Shown one piece after another: positions 37,354 to 51,749 of a stretch of DNA of 64,000 bases. Each line of letters begins with the position of its first letter. Position 1 is the first letter of the stretch. The notes beneath the pieces were generated by a model that searched no databases, was not told the origin of the DNA, and saw nothing but the letters and a program-made list of their open reading frames with translations. The translations under genes were made by a program, and so were the position numbers. Source of the DNA: Chrysomallon squamiferum (lineage: Eukaryota; Animalia; Mollusca); assembly GCA_012295275.1 (NCBI GenBank), contig CM022669.1, positions 7,316,001 through 7,380,000 on the forward strand, in the 5' to 3' direction.

Positions 37354-37739
37354 AACTAATATTCTTATTTATATAGATTTTCGAGATCTATTGTTTTTTC
37401 TTCTCGTTTTCAGATAAGTCCTGTAATGCGCGGTTTGTTGATCAACTGGGTGACGTCACTTTGTCAACAAAACATGCTGAGTCAAAGCACGCTGTTCCTC
37501 AGTGTAAACATCATAGACCGAGTATTTTCAGTTATCTACGTCGCCAGCGATTGTCTCCCTTTACTTGGAATTACGTCAGTTCTGGTGGCTGCTAAACTTG
37601 TAAGTATCTAAATTCAAATATCTACAAGTGCACGTGTACAAGTTAAGGAGTGTAGATGCATGCATGTTGTATGTGTAACTAAATAATCTGTGTATGTACT
37701 GCTTTTTTGCATAGATTGGTTATGTGTGTATTCATGCTT

Positions 37740-37774
<35 letters not shown>

Positions 37775-38115
37775 TGTTTAACACTGGACGTTAAATAATA
37801 TTTTATATGCATGCTTTTGAATTTAAGAACGCCATTTAATTTTAATACATCATGGCTTCGGATTTCACGCGTCGACGAAATAAAACCTTGATTACGTTTA
37901 AAGAAAGACAACTCCTGAAGGATTAATTTTCATTGTTAACTGACGTTCTACTGTCGATTAACTTCTGTGTTGCTTACACGTAACTGAATTAATTGATGAA
38001 TTTATTTTTAACACGATTCATGCTTAAGGATGCAGAAGAACTTTCGTAAGTGGCCGTATCTGAACTTTCTCTCGATAACTTTGATCATTTACGTTTCAGT
38101 AATAATAATAATAAC

Positions 38116-38162
<47 letters not shown>

Positions 38163-38634
38163 AGAACAATAATGAAGAACAATAATGAAGAACAAAACGA
38201 CATTAATGGTGCTTGTTGCTGCAGGAGGAAGTCTCGCCGCCAGAAATAGCTGATCTTCTGGAAGGCACGAGCTACACACGTGCGTCAGTAAAAGAACTGG
38301 AGCAGGTCGTGCTGATTGCGATCAAGTTTGACCTCATGGTGCCCACGTCCCACTTCTTCCTGGAATACTTCGCAGCAGCGTGCATGGCAGAAGTGTCCAA
38401 CGAAAACCTCGAAAGTCTCAGGTGAGATTTTCATTGTTGATGCCTCCAGATCTGTTATCAGACATCCAGACGTTGCTAACGTTCTTGTCATACGGGTGGT
38501 GGACATTTTTATGGCTAAAATTCTACGTACGTCTTGTCGAAGTTTTTTTTTATAGATATTAATCTACTGTTGTATTCATACTCGTAGTCAACAGTACACA
38601 CACACACACACACACACACGCACATACACACACC

Positions 38635-38670
<36 letters not shown>

Positions 38671-41047
38671 TGATGAATTAATTACAGTACACGTATATAT
38701 CACTGTTAATAATGCTCTGGAATAAGTAATCGCTAATGTGGTTATTATTAATATGCTACTCGCAAAGTAAAGTCGGTCAACCAGTCTATAATAACTAGCG
38801 TAGTCACAGTGAATTTCCTAATCGCGTGTGGTTCAGCTGTCAGTCACGTTGTGAACACGTTTCAGTACACATACACTTTACTCTTACAGCTAAGCCAATC
38901 CTGGACATGGTCAACACGTCATCCTTTACACTAACACGTTATAGGATCGAATCCTAGCAAAGCTTGCGCTCCAGAATTAAATAACCAGCAACTGTTTTTG
39001 TGTCAAGATAAGCTATTATAAAATATCTGTCCATTTATTAATTACTGACGCTATGGTTAATATAACTGGCGATAAGACAATTTATACTTGCTTATGCGGG
39101 GAGGCTTCAGATTATTAGTAGTTCCAAGACCAAAACTGTAAATATTTTATTATGAATATAAAAAAGAACGTTTCTTTTCGCGAAGGCTTTCTAAAAAGAT
39201 ACGTTAGTCGGTAGCGAAATAAAATAGGTTATTTAAACAGGACTGTGTTTCTTTAGTTCCACGTTACATCACTGCTATAGAAAGTAGTTTACGACGACAA
39301 CGACGACGATAATGATGGTAATAATATATAAAATGATAATGATGTTAATTGATGTACTACTACTACTACTACTAATAATAATAATAATAATAATCATAAT
39401 GATAATACGTGTGCAACTACTCGTTCATCTAACATTGCTAAATTTACTATAACATTTATTTATAAAAACTGGTATCCATTAATTAATAATAATAATAATA
39501 ATTAACTTTTAACATCGTGGACACATGATTATCACCAGTCATAGTCTAAGAAATGTTAACCTCCTCGCTCAGCTGAACAGAAAGGCAGAGATGACAACCT
39601 TTTTCAACATTCATACTTGAAGAGTAATTAATATTATTGTATAAAATATTAACTAATTTGACCTTTGAACTGACTCTCCACGGGCGGTTCCAGAAACTCG
39701 CTAGGGACCAGGAAAGGGGAGTACACAAGAGTGACGCCTGTTTACCCCCCTCCCCCTGTTTTTCACCGTTGGCAAAAACTGCTGAAGGGCAAGTCAATAA
39801 ACATTAATTAAAAATAATTTTATTTTTCATTTTATGGGTGGGGCTAATCATAAAACTCGTCCCTCCCTCCCACCCACATCATATTATCGCTTCAGGACGG
39901 CTCTTGATTAATCTGTTTGTCACATTTACATTTTTAAAACATGACCGCATTAAGCAGATGTTTGCATTAACAAATACGTATTTTAACAGAACAGTGTCCG
40001 ATTATTTTATGTTTTCGTATTAGCGAAAAGAATACATTTTCTTGCATTGTAAATGTAAATTTGCCCCGGGCCACGTATGAAATAAGGGTTTTAAAAAAAA
40101 CATATAGACCTCTCGCGTCAATGGCGGACGCCTCCCATTTCTGTTTATGTCCAAAAAATAAAAAAGAATTAGTCAAGCTGGGAATGAAATAACGAAAACT
40201 TGGGCGAACAAAAAAAAAAAAACTAACTGCTATGGAGGATAACAATATCACGACGTCTTTGTGACGACGTGTTGAACGGGGGCCCCCAATTTGAAGCCGC
40301 TGTCGCGTTGGTGATTATCTCCCCTCTTGTGTGCGCGGCTCTCGAGTGCCGTAAAATTAATTTCTGCTCAATAAGCGATTGTTTGTCGTTGTTTGTGCAC
40401 TTTTCACAAGATTTGTACACCCCGTGTTTTTATTGATGGCTGTATCCGTCCAGCACGCCCTCGGCACGCCGTGCTAGTGGAGTTGCCGTTGTACGTCGAT
40501 TAGGGAGAAAGAAGAAGAAAAAAAAAAACTGCTTGGGCCTCGGTCGACAAGAAGCACTGTTATTTAATTATACGGTTTTCAAATTGCCTCGGCAGGTCAC
40601 TGTTTGCTTGCTTTGTATGGTAACCGCGCCGAAGAAAGCGACGTCCTACTGCTATTACACTTGCACAACAACGACGACAACGACGACGACGACGACAACA
40701 ACAAGAACAACAACGAAATAAATGACAGACGAACAGACTAAGAGATTTCAATGTTATTTTTTTTTCTTACTTTCTTTTCTTTCTTACATTTTGTTTTATT
40801 TTTTATTATTTTTTTATTTCGAAAAGAAGAAAAATGATAATATTCGTCATTCATCAGTTACAGCTGATCTAGTGTTTTTAATAATAATAATAATAATTAT
40901 TATTATAACTATTACTATTATTGTTATTAGTGTTATTATTATTATAACCATTACTATTATTATTATTACTACTACTACTACTATTAATTTTATTATTACT
41001 ATTGTTATTATTATAATTATTATAAATATTATTACTATTATTATTAC

Positions 41048-41084
<37 letters not shown>

Positions 41085-41141
41085 GTTATTATTACTATTA
41101 GTGTTATTATTATTATTATTATTATTACTATTATTGTTATT

Positions 41142-41176
<35 letters not shown>

Positions 41177-41344
41177 TATTACTGTTATTGTTAATATTAT
41201 TATTACTACTATTATTGTTATTAGTGTTATTATTATTACTATTATTACAATTGTTATTATTATTATTATTATTAGTGTTATTATTACTATTATTACTATT
41301 ATTACTATTACTATTACTATTACTGTTACTATTATTATTATTAC

Positions 41345-41386
<42 letters not shown>

Positions 41387-41425
41387 TATTATTATTACTA
41401 TTACTATTATTATTATTATTATTAC

Positions 41426-41476
<51 letters not shown>

Positions 41477-41812
41477 TACTATTACTATTATTAGTATTAT
41501 TATCACTATTATTACTATTATTACTTTCAGACAAGCCCGGCCTTTGCTCGCTGTTTGCTACAGCTTTCACTTCAGGACTATGATGTTTGTCAGTACCGCC
41601 CATCACTGCTCGCCCTGTGCACGTGGAAGACTGCTGTGCGAGAAATCGGGGTGTCTGACGGGGAGTACTACCCCTCGGGCATCTACTGTACCCGGGGTAG
41701 GTACGACAAGTGCTTGTCACAGGTGAAGTCGTTCACCCGAGCGTTGATGGATAGCTATCCAGATATCTTCAACATCTGCGATAAATTCCAAAATCTGCAG
41801 GGTATTGATTAA
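33863..41812 (+). CDS. CCNO: Cyclin O orthologue, 5 exons (apparent 1-nt frameshift at the start of the last exon)
   Basis: Exons 33863-34018, 36750-37052, 37414-37599, 38225-38421, 41531-41812. [51 protein letters not shown] and [14 protein letters not shown] match vertebrate CCNO as remembered (HFHPREALARQPQV, VAADCFQLLGVTS, PTISFFLEHF, LSLADY..YSPSLLA). Exon 1 rests on splice phase only. Confidence 0.85.
36750..37052 (+). CDS. CCNO: Cyclin O exon 2
   Basis: ttcag|ATGTAC...CCCGAG|GTGAAG; GC-rich coding composition. Confidence 0.88.
37414..37599 (+). CDS. CCNO: Cyclin O exon 3 (cyclin box)
   Basis: [13 protein letters not shown]...LVAAKL|GTAAGT. Confidence 0.92.
38225..38421 (+). CDS. CCNO: Cyclin O exon 4
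   Basis: [12 protein letters not shown]...[22 protein letters not shown]; donor AG|GTGAGA. Confidence 0.9.
40880..41525. repeat. ~650 bp degenerate (ATT/ACT/GTT)n trinucleotide tract
   Basis: Directly visible; source of the poly-I/L/N ORFs; abuts the acceptor of the last cyclin O exon. Confidence 0.97.
41531..41812 (+). CDS. CCNO: Cyclin O exon 5 (cyclin C-terminal domain)
   Basis: [29 protein letters not shown]...*; frame conflicts with the exon 4 donor. Confidence 0.85.
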   Translation, partial: TSPAFARCLLQLSLQDYDVCQYRPSLLALCTWKTAVREIGVSDGEYYPSGIYCTRGRYDKCLSQVKSFTRALMDSYPDIFNICDKFQNLQGID

Positions 41813-41875
41813 ATGACATCATCATCTAGCTAGTCTCACTGTCCATTTACAGATTTATCAGTATTATTTACCAAT

Positions 41876-41918
<43 letters not shown>

Positions 41919-43181
41919 TTATTATTAATATTATTATTATTATTACTTACATACTTACTTATTACTTACTTAACTGCTTATTTAATTACTTACCTCGGTG
42001 TTTTCAAAATGTCTGGCTGTCGTTAACATTTATTATTATTATTTTTTTTATTATTTAATTAATTAATTAATTTATTTATTTGTTTGTTTGTTTTCTTATT
42101 TATTTCTTATTTATTTTTTTTTTTTTTTTTTTTTTTTCTATTTTTTACTGTTATCTGTAAAAGATAATAGAATAGTAAAATTACAGATATTTTAGTGCTA
42201 ATATGGAAGAACTCAAAATCAATGTGCACGAAACCACATCAAGAACGTCGTCTGTTCGTGAAGGTGACCTTCTATTTCTTATGTAATGTTACAATCATTT
42301 TGATTGATTGGGAAGCCACGATATTCATTGTAACAAAGCTGTTGATTGGCAGTTTTCCCAAATAACCCGTAATCTGTCGGTTATGTCATTAATTTAATGG
42401 AAGGAGTGAGATTTGTTATATTGTTTGTATTTAAACTGTAAAATATTTGTCAGCGGTAACAAATATTGTTATATATTTATATTATTATATATTATATTAC
42501 TAAAAGTAATTTTATAACGGAAAAAATATATATATATAAGACAGACTTGTAATGAAGTGATATTTTTTCTTTATATAGAAATATAAACACAAATAAAATA
42601 GAATTAGAAAAAAAAATAAATAAATGAAAGTATATATTAAAAAACAAAAATGTTTTTGTTTTGTTATTAATGATCTGTGAAAATGTATATACGTTATCTC
42701 TAAAAAAAAAAAGTTCTGTACAGATGTATGGATGGATGGAGATGTGGACAGGATTTCAAGAGATAAAAATGATTATTTATTTAGATACATTTTTTTATAT
42801 TATTATATAACTATATATATATTTAAGTAAAAATGAAATGCGAATATATTGTGCTTATATGTATACATGCGTGAAAGTGTGCGTGTGTGCGTCTGCGTGT
42901 TTCAACGATTATTATATAACTGAAAAAAAGAAAATTGTTCAGGATTTTCTAGTAAAGAGATCAAAATTAATGTATTGCATGTTTTTTTGCAATATTTAGT
43001 TAATTGAATTTATTGTAAAATAAAATGTGATAAATGATTGTAAAAGTTAAATAATTATTTTGTTTATTATTTTATTTTATTGTGTTCTTATTTAATTGTT
43101 ATATGCTTACCTGCTCATTCAAACTCTCTGCATATATCATTTTATTTTATATATATATCCATTCATTTATTCATTCAGTTG

Positions 43182-43266
<85 letters not shown>

Positions 43267-43616
43267 ATTTACTCATTTATTCATTTACTTATTATATTAT
43301 ATTTTTATTTTATTTTGTTTTGTTTTGTTTTATTTTATTTTATTTTATTTTATTTTATTTTTTTTATTATTATTATTATTATTTTTTTTTTTTAATTTAC
43401 AAATTTAATATCGGAACTAGCGATTATTATAAATAAAATTAAAAAAATGATAAAACAAACAAAAATCTGTAGCAACCATATCATCACCACCGACCACGCG
43501 GAATACAATGCAACGTCTTGGAGGAAAAAACATCGCAAAAATAGTTTCAACGTACGTTTGATGAGCTGCAACCATTGTTAACGTAATAACTGACTATTTT
43601 AGGATTTTCCTACCTA

Positions 43617-43914
43617 CAGATTGAAAATCATTTATCTGAATAACCAAGTCCGAAAAGCTCCGAAATCCGAGCAGCAGAAGTACTGACATCTTTCAGTTTT
43701 CGGAATGTTTTGCATACACAGACTTCATTTTATGCACACATTTATTAAAAAAAAATATATTATATTAAAAATCCTGCCAACTATCTGTATAAGCTGTGCA
43801 TGAAATATAAGTGGAATTATTATTCAGACTTAGATCCTGTTCTCGTGATGTACAGGAATCATAATTTCAAAAATTTCCCAAATCTGAATTTCGGATGAAG
43901 GATGTACGGCAGTT
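43617..43914. mobile_element. Degenerate pogo/Tigger-type MITE
   Basis: TA-flanked ends cagattgaaaatcatttatctgaa and ttcggatgaaggatg resemble Tigger4/MER46-type TIRs; internal tccgaaatccga motifs. Resemblance is from memory, not a search. Confidence 0.55.
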
Positions 43915-44249
43915 TAAAAAAACAAAAAGATCAAGAATCTTGAAAAACAAAATAGTTTGACCAGAATACTATAATTTGTCAAACATTAACATTTATTCTG
44001 GACCATTAAGAAAAATAGTTCTAACAGAACTGTATATTGCTGAACTGTTACTCTGAAAGACTCGATCATCCTAGCTGGCCAGTGTGATGAAAGTAAGGTC
44101 GCTGATACCGAACGACTCGCTATCAATTCTCTCTGCCAGTGAAGTACGTGTAATTCGTTACAGTGATCAAATGATGTGGAAATATTAGACAATAGATGGA
44201 AACGTAGTCAAACTGTATGAACGAGAAATGTTTCTAGAGAGGAAATCAA

Positions 44250-44319
<70 letters not shown>

Positions 44320-46188
44320 TTAATTTTATTTGTATTTTTTATTTTGCACCAGAAAATAACAAATTTCATCTCTAATGCTTAAACGATTATCAGTTAATAA
44401 AGTATGTTGGATAAAAATACAGATGACATGAAAAAAATCATCCAGACTCGTTGTTCTTTTTCTTTTTTTTCCTTATTCACATTTGTACCTTGTTTACTTT
44501 CTTTCTTATTCTTTTCTTCCTTTTTCCCCCAATACCTTACTGTTGTTCACAATTCGTTTCTATTTTCTTTTAATCCCTATTCTTTACTTTTTTATGTCTA
44601 TCTTATTCTTTTTCCCCTCTTTCTTGACTGTTGTTCATACATAAACTATTGTCATTAAACTGATTTAAAATTTTTTTCAAACCTACAGTTTAAATATTGT
44701 AATTTAATTAATTCAGTTTAAAAGGCTGATGAGAACGTTAAACTTCATGAGCTAAACTGATTGAAGCAGACAGCATCACGTGATGGGAGAAATAATGTGA
44801 TCTGACTGAAGTGGTTCAGTCTGCATGAGGCAAACTTGCTAAAAACTCAAGACTCGGCAGCTTTCAACTGAAAATTTAAATCGTGTACGTATCAAAGAAG
44901 TATTATGGTCTCGTTTGATAAACTACCGAGAAAATAAAATTTCTCTGATATGCTATGACTATTCACTTTGGGGCATTACTATAAAATCGGGCCACATTTT
45001 CTCTTTTTTTTTTTCTTTCTTTTAATAACATGAAAACAAGAGTCAACGACGGTTATTTTCCGACATCTAAATACTCGTAGCGTGTGACTTTAATCTTGAA
45101 CGAAAATCACAATTAAAGACGCCCACAAATTTGAGACTTTTTAACCGATACTATCTCCTGACACTCGCTGACATTTGACCTTTTCATCACGGTTCCAGAC
45201 CGTCATTCACGGTATTCCACCAACACCAATTAGCAACCGGGCTGAATATATTCTATGGATCTGATTGGCTGAACCTGACAGATTTCTGATTGACCCTACA
45301 CCCTCCTAGGGATTATTACCCCCGGGCCGACTGCCTGTCTTTGTGCGGGGCTTTGTCGAGTGACCATTCGTCCACTTTGTTAACTGTCCAGGCAGTTCTA
45401 TCGGTCGAATCTGTTAATGGTCAGTTAATGAGGCAACCGCAAGTGTACTAGAAGCGAGGGTCGAGTGGTGTTTGCAAAGAACTCGCTCTCAAAGGCGACG
45501 CTGTGTTTGAGTAAATTAGCTCGTGTAAGTGGCCAAAAGATGAGTGTGTAAATCAACAGGAGAGGCAAAGTTTTGTGGATAAACACAATACAGTTATTAT
45601 TATTGTTGTTGTTATTATTTCTTTTTAAATAAGGAAACAAGGGGTGAAAAAATAATAATTTAATAATAATAAAATATATATATAAATACTTTTTTTTTTA
45701 AATCATTAAGAAAATTAAAAAGTAAGTTGTCAAATGACAGAAAACAAAAATCATTTTAAATATATATATATGATGATGAACATGAAGATGAAAATAAAAC
45801 TCGTCAAAATAAAAATAAAGCGCTGAGTATTTGATACATTGTATGTAACTGTTCGTTTAAGACTAAATAATTAAAAAAAGAAACCAAGAAAGGAAATAAA
45901 AAAAGAGTAAAGAATCCTGACTAACATGACTGTTTATTTATTTTTACTTATTATTCACATTTTAAATTTTGTTTCGTTTTGTTTTAAAATAATATTTTAT
46001 TTTATCTATTTTATATCTGCTCATTTTTAAAACTTCATTATATATATAAAAAATAAAAACATACAAGAAAGACAAAAAAACCAAAAAAAAAACAAAACCA
46101 AAGAAAATAAAAATAAACTAGCCAGCTTAAGATTCATTCTTAGGTTTCATTTTTTTCATTTATTTTCTGTATCTATTCAGAAAGAAAG

Positions 46189-46266
<78 letters not shown>

Positions 46267-47301
46267 CACACGAAAGAAAGTTAAACATTCGTAAACAAAC
46301 GCTTAAACTGATCAAAAAAATTAGCTTTTGTTTCATACTGGCCTGTCTAACCTTGTTTGTACAGACCCCAGAGATTCAATTATACTATTCTGGCAAATCG
46401 AGACACGCTTTTCGGAACTCTTCGCCTTGGAAGGCGATTCACTGTGACAGTTTTCCAAGATGATATATGAGACAATAGCACACCAGTGCCTTTTTTTTTT
46501 TCCCTTTCCTCTCTTTTTCTCTTCCTTCCTTCCTTTCTTTCTTTCTTGTTTCTTTTTATATCCTTTATATATTTATTCTTCTTATTATTTAAATTAAGAA
46601 ATCTATCAAATGAACTAGAATAAATTCAGAGAACTAAAAACAATTACCACTTTTCTACAATCAAAAAAACCCCCACTAATTGATTTTTCATTTCTTCTTT
46701 CTTCTTTATTTAGTCAGTACATTTATGATAATTAAATATTAAATTTCGGAGGGACAGACAGACAGTCAGACAACCGGACATCTTGGAATGCGAGTAGAGG
46801 AGAGACCAACATTAACATGTTATTCTAACTATCCCCTTTTCTTCTACTTCTTCTTTTCTAACAAAAAGAAAGATACTAAGGAGATATTTAAGAATGTTTA
46901 TAAAACTCTAATGAACGATATGGAGATCCGCGCTCAAACTGTCCAGGCATTACTCGTGGCATGTGTCACATCAATACGCGACCATGCACGCGCTCTGACG
47001 TCTGCTAACAAAAGCTTGGCGCGAATTCTTTGTATGGGAGGTAACCAGACATGTAGATTTGTGTCTGCTTAGTTAGTCCCTTGCTTGATAACATTTTATT
47101 TGTTTTGTTTGTTGTCGTTTGTTTACCTGAAACTGATGCTTAAAATAAACCCCAAAACATCCGAAATACCTCAAAAAAAAAAAAAAAAAAAAAATATTAT
47201 AAGAAAAACAAGCATAAAACAAATAAGCAAACAAATAAAACAAATATCAACAACAACAAAAAGAAAAACAAACGTCCTGCAAAAAACAATTGACCATTAC
47301 C

Positions 47302-47360
<59 letters not shown>

Positions 47361-48589
47361 CAGAGAGAGAGTTATATATAAAATAAATAAATAATGAATA
47401 AACTTATAATGGATGAATTAAAGAATAAAAGAATAAAATAAAATAAAATAAAATAAAATAAATAAAAAAATATTTCAGTTTATAGCAAGCTTATAATTAT
47501 AGGACAATAAAAGTTTAACAACTCCTAAATTCATTTAGCTGTAACTCAGTGTTAATTTTAAGATTATTACATCTAACACATGGGTTACTGGCATCAATCA
47601 GCAAGAAGATTTCCATTTAGTGTTCTTACCTATAAACAGGAAAACGTATCACATCATGAGATAAAATATAATATGGGAACCAATACACCATTTAATTTAA
47701 TTTTATTTCATTTTATTTTACTTCATTTTATTTATTTAAAGTTTATTTATTTGCTGTTGTCGTTTTTACTTGCTTTCCTTAATTATATATATATTTATAT
47801 ATATTTTTAATTTATTACTGCTAATTTTATTATTTACTAATTTGCTAGTGCATTTACTTGTTATTTACATGTATTTATTTATTTTGTAGTAAATGAGCTG
47901 CTGAATTTGTCAATACATGATTTCTTTTCAGTTCTATTTTCGAATTTTTCTTGGAATTATATTTAAACAAATTGTTTTTAAATGTTTTTAATTTAATTTT
48001 AAAATTTTTAAAATTGTTTTATTGAGAATTATAGCTTTTATCACGTTTGTGAATTTTATTTTTGCTTAAAGATTTTAATAAATATTTCGTTTTTATAGTT
48101 TATTGATAACTAATGTGTGAATTATTATTTAATTCATTAATTCGTTTTATATGAAATATGAATTTTGTGAAATTGTTGTTTTATTTTATTTAGAAAATTA
48201 CATTAACAGACTATATTTATTATTATTGCTGTTACTTTATTAGCTGTTGTTGCTGTTATTGTTATTGCTATTGCTATTAGTGTTGTTATTATTGTTGTGG
48301 TTGTCGTTGTTGTTGTTATTCATATAGTTAATGCAGACAGCTCGTTCTGATATTTATAATTCTAAAATAATAATGATAATTTATTTTTTTATTTTTGTTA
48401 TTGTCTTTAATTTTTATTATTATTATTTATTTATTTTTTATTTATTTTTTATTTATTTTATTTTATTTTATTTTATTTTATTTTATTTTTTTTTTTTTGT
48501 ATATTTTCTTAATATTACTATTACAAGTAATTGGTAATAATATCTATTTCGTTTCGCTAATTTCTTTTCGACACAGTTCAGAGAATATT

Positions 48590-49550
48590 TATAAGTGACA
48601 GAAGCGCGTGGGAATTGGCGCGATTTTTTCGCAACGCGGCGTGGTATGTATATAAAAAAAAAAAAAAAAAAAAAAAAACGATTTGGGTGCCAATCGCGTT
48701 GTGTTATCACAACGTCGTGTTAACGTCAGCTGCTGGGTCGATGAGGCAGGAATAATATCTCACATTTCCACAATCAGAAAAAAAAACATAATCTCATCCA
48801 ACGATCGTCAAGGTATAAATAATCAACTATTTGACAAGACGGGTGAAGACCGCTTCCGAGGGACGTTACTCTGTCAAGACATGGTGGCCGCAACGTCACG
48901 GAGCGCGCGCAGAAGACAGCTCGCGCAGCGGAGCGCCCTCTCGTTTGAAAAACGTTCGTGAATGGCTGTCAGTTTTCGGCGGTGATGGTGTCGGTAAGCG
49001 GCCGAGTGGCAGACAGCGCTTTTGTTCGCAATTACTCACGCTTCTTTGCCTGTCCGCCGCTGGAACGTCACCCGCGATTTGATTGGGTCTCGCCGAGCTT
49101 ATTTACCAGCAATTAATTTCCTAGGCCCCGCCCATCTTGTTAGGCACCGCGTGTATTGTCAGGCCGGTCTTTAGCCGACACCCCGGGAGACGAAGCCCCG
49201 AAGCAAGAAATATTGTCATCGCTCTCCTATCTTTCTTAGGATTAGATTAAACCAAATTAGACTAGCGACAATACGGAGTAAGGTTACCGCACGATAGAGT
49301 GTGCTCGGCGTTATTAACTTCAATACTTCAGCGCCTCTCTGCGCTCGCTGCCTCCGTTTCGACGTTCAACTGCCCGACGCGAAGGGGGATAACTGCGCAG
49401 AGTTTCGTCGCCAGCCTTTCCTCCGATATGCACCCTAAATGCTAGAGTGGAGGTGTCACGTGGTTTAGGGTGTTCATGAGAAGATATTTTAAGGAGAAAC
49501 TAAACAAGCTGGCGTTTTCAATCGCAGTGACGTTTAATAGCACCACACCT
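48590..49550 (+). promoter_or_regulatory. GC/CpG-enriched upstream region of Rx (promoter / 5' UTR)
   Basis: Abrupt GC and CpG enrichment without a credible ORF directly before the Rx ATG; GGATTA (K50/Otx-type site) at 49239-49244. Confidence 0.55.
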
Positions 49551-49767
49551 ATGAGCGTCTCCACGGTAAACTTTCACATCGATTCCATCCTCGGCTTGCG
49601 GCAAGGGGGTGATGAAGAAGCAGGGTGTGGCCGTAACCCGGGGATCGCTGAAAGGATAATGGGTCTTAGTACTTCGTCCGGAGAGAGGGAATGCAGCAGG
49701 AATAACTTTCGATACGACGATCGAATGATGACAGCCGCACACACCGTACAGACAGACTGTTTGACAA
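49551..49767 (+). CDS. RAX: Rx exon 1 (octapeptide)
   Basis: [16 protein letters not shown]...; consensus donor. Confidence 0.85.
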
Positions 49768-51461
49768 GTAAGTTAACATGTTTTTTTAAATTTGTGTTTT
49801 TAAACTGTTTGATGTGTCAGTTTGTCTGGATGTGTGTCTGTATGTCAGAGTTTTTTTCTTTATTTAGGTATAAATATTCCTCATTGTTTCACATCGGTTT
49901 TCTTCTCTCTCTCTTATTTTTTTTTCCAGTTTCTATGTGTCCGTATGTCTGTTTGTGTAACGTTCATGCTAGATACTGTTTTTGAAAAAGACACTACTGA
50001 TATTACTTCATTTTGTGCATATTTTATCCAATTTTTAGAATTTACACTTATTAACATGATGGTAATTGTAATAACCATAGTACAACTTTACTACTATTAC
50101 TATTTCTACTACTACTACTGTTACTCTACTATTTCTACTACTACTACTTCTACTAATCATCATCATCATCATCATTATTTTTATTTTCATTATCTTTGTC
50201 ATCGTGCATGTACATAGTATATATGTGCATGTACATAATATGTTACCTGTGTTCTTGTGAGTACGTACACTGTATGAATATGAATGATATAAATGTACAA
50301 ACAGAAAGGTACTTTTGTGAAATTTTAATTAAATTATTAATTATTAAACATACTCGCCTTTTGCACCCGCTTCATCATACAATACACTCATTACACGCAC
50401 AAAAACGTACCCACAGATAAACTATAAACACATACACTCTCACACTCACAGACATATCTGTATCATATTATTTACATGCATGTACATACACACAAACACA
50501 CAAACACACACACCCTCCCTCATATATATATATATATATATGTATATGTATACACACTCATGCACACATAAACAAACACACACACACACACACATACATT
50601 CATACATACATACAAACATACGTAAGTGGGTGTATAACACTCCTTGTAAACGCTAATCCCACTGTATAATCTTCACACATTGAAGATTTTTGTTTTGATT
50701 GAGTCTAGTACACCTGCACCAGTAGTCACGGTCATCAAAGCCACTAGTAATTGTTTGTTCAGTTATGCATGTCATTTGTGTATTCACAAACACACATCGC
50801 ACCCTCCAGTTTAATCGTTTTGGGGAAGATGTTCCTCGTATTCCAGTAAAAGCACTACGTTATTCCCTGTGTAATTTAATTGTTTTGTGGAAAATATTCC
50901 CCATTATGCAGTATTCCCACTTTTTTTTTTATGGAATACGTTTTATTTAAGAATAAATAGCAATGATAAATCCAAAAAAAATATTTGACGAATTCTTTTG
51001 TGGAATTTATTCCTTTTAAGAATATTGAGGAATAAATAGTAATTTATTTTGTGTGAGATGTGGAAAATATTCCCTGTAGAGAATATAATTAATACACAAG
51101 CATATTTATAAACAACATTGATCATTTTCGAATGATCAGAACTTTCATAAAGTTGATAATAGTCTTGAAATATGTTATTATAATAAAATAGATCGAATAT
51201 GTCTCCAGTTTTAGGTTCCCAAGGAAGAAGAGAAAAATATTTGAAAATGCTTTCTCATTTTAAAAGTTCGAAAATATATATTTAGATCTAATATATTTAA
51301 TCAACTGATGTCGATAAGAGAAATGATTTTTAAAAAAACATGAATTTCACGTCAGTCATGTCAGTCTTTGTTATTTAATTGATCAGTACACGTGTGTTTA
51401 TGTTTTTTCATTAATTAATTAATTATGTTATTTATTGATCATTTACATATTATTATTATTA

Positions 51462-51500
<39 letters not shown>

Positions 51501-51688
51501 TTTATTATTATTATTCATCTATATTTCTTTGTTTCTTTCTTTCTTTATTTATTTATCTGATCAGGCTAGCACTTAATTTCGGTAGAAATCAAATAATTTA
51601 TTGTTTTTACGTAGTATTAATTATGTGTAAAATTAATATACGTGATTAATTTTAAAATAATAACAAACTCAGCAACAACAACAACAGC

Positions 51689-51749
<61 letters not shown>

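Noticed and set aside
40722-41726. Long poly-Ile/Leu/Asn ORFs (334, 280, 219, 166 aa)
   Set aside because: Products of the stop-free (ATT)n-type tract; only 41531-41812 is coding.
49470-49985. 171-aa ORF as a standalone gene
   Set aside because: Only 49551-49767 is supported (octapeptide and consensus donor); the rest is intron read-through.
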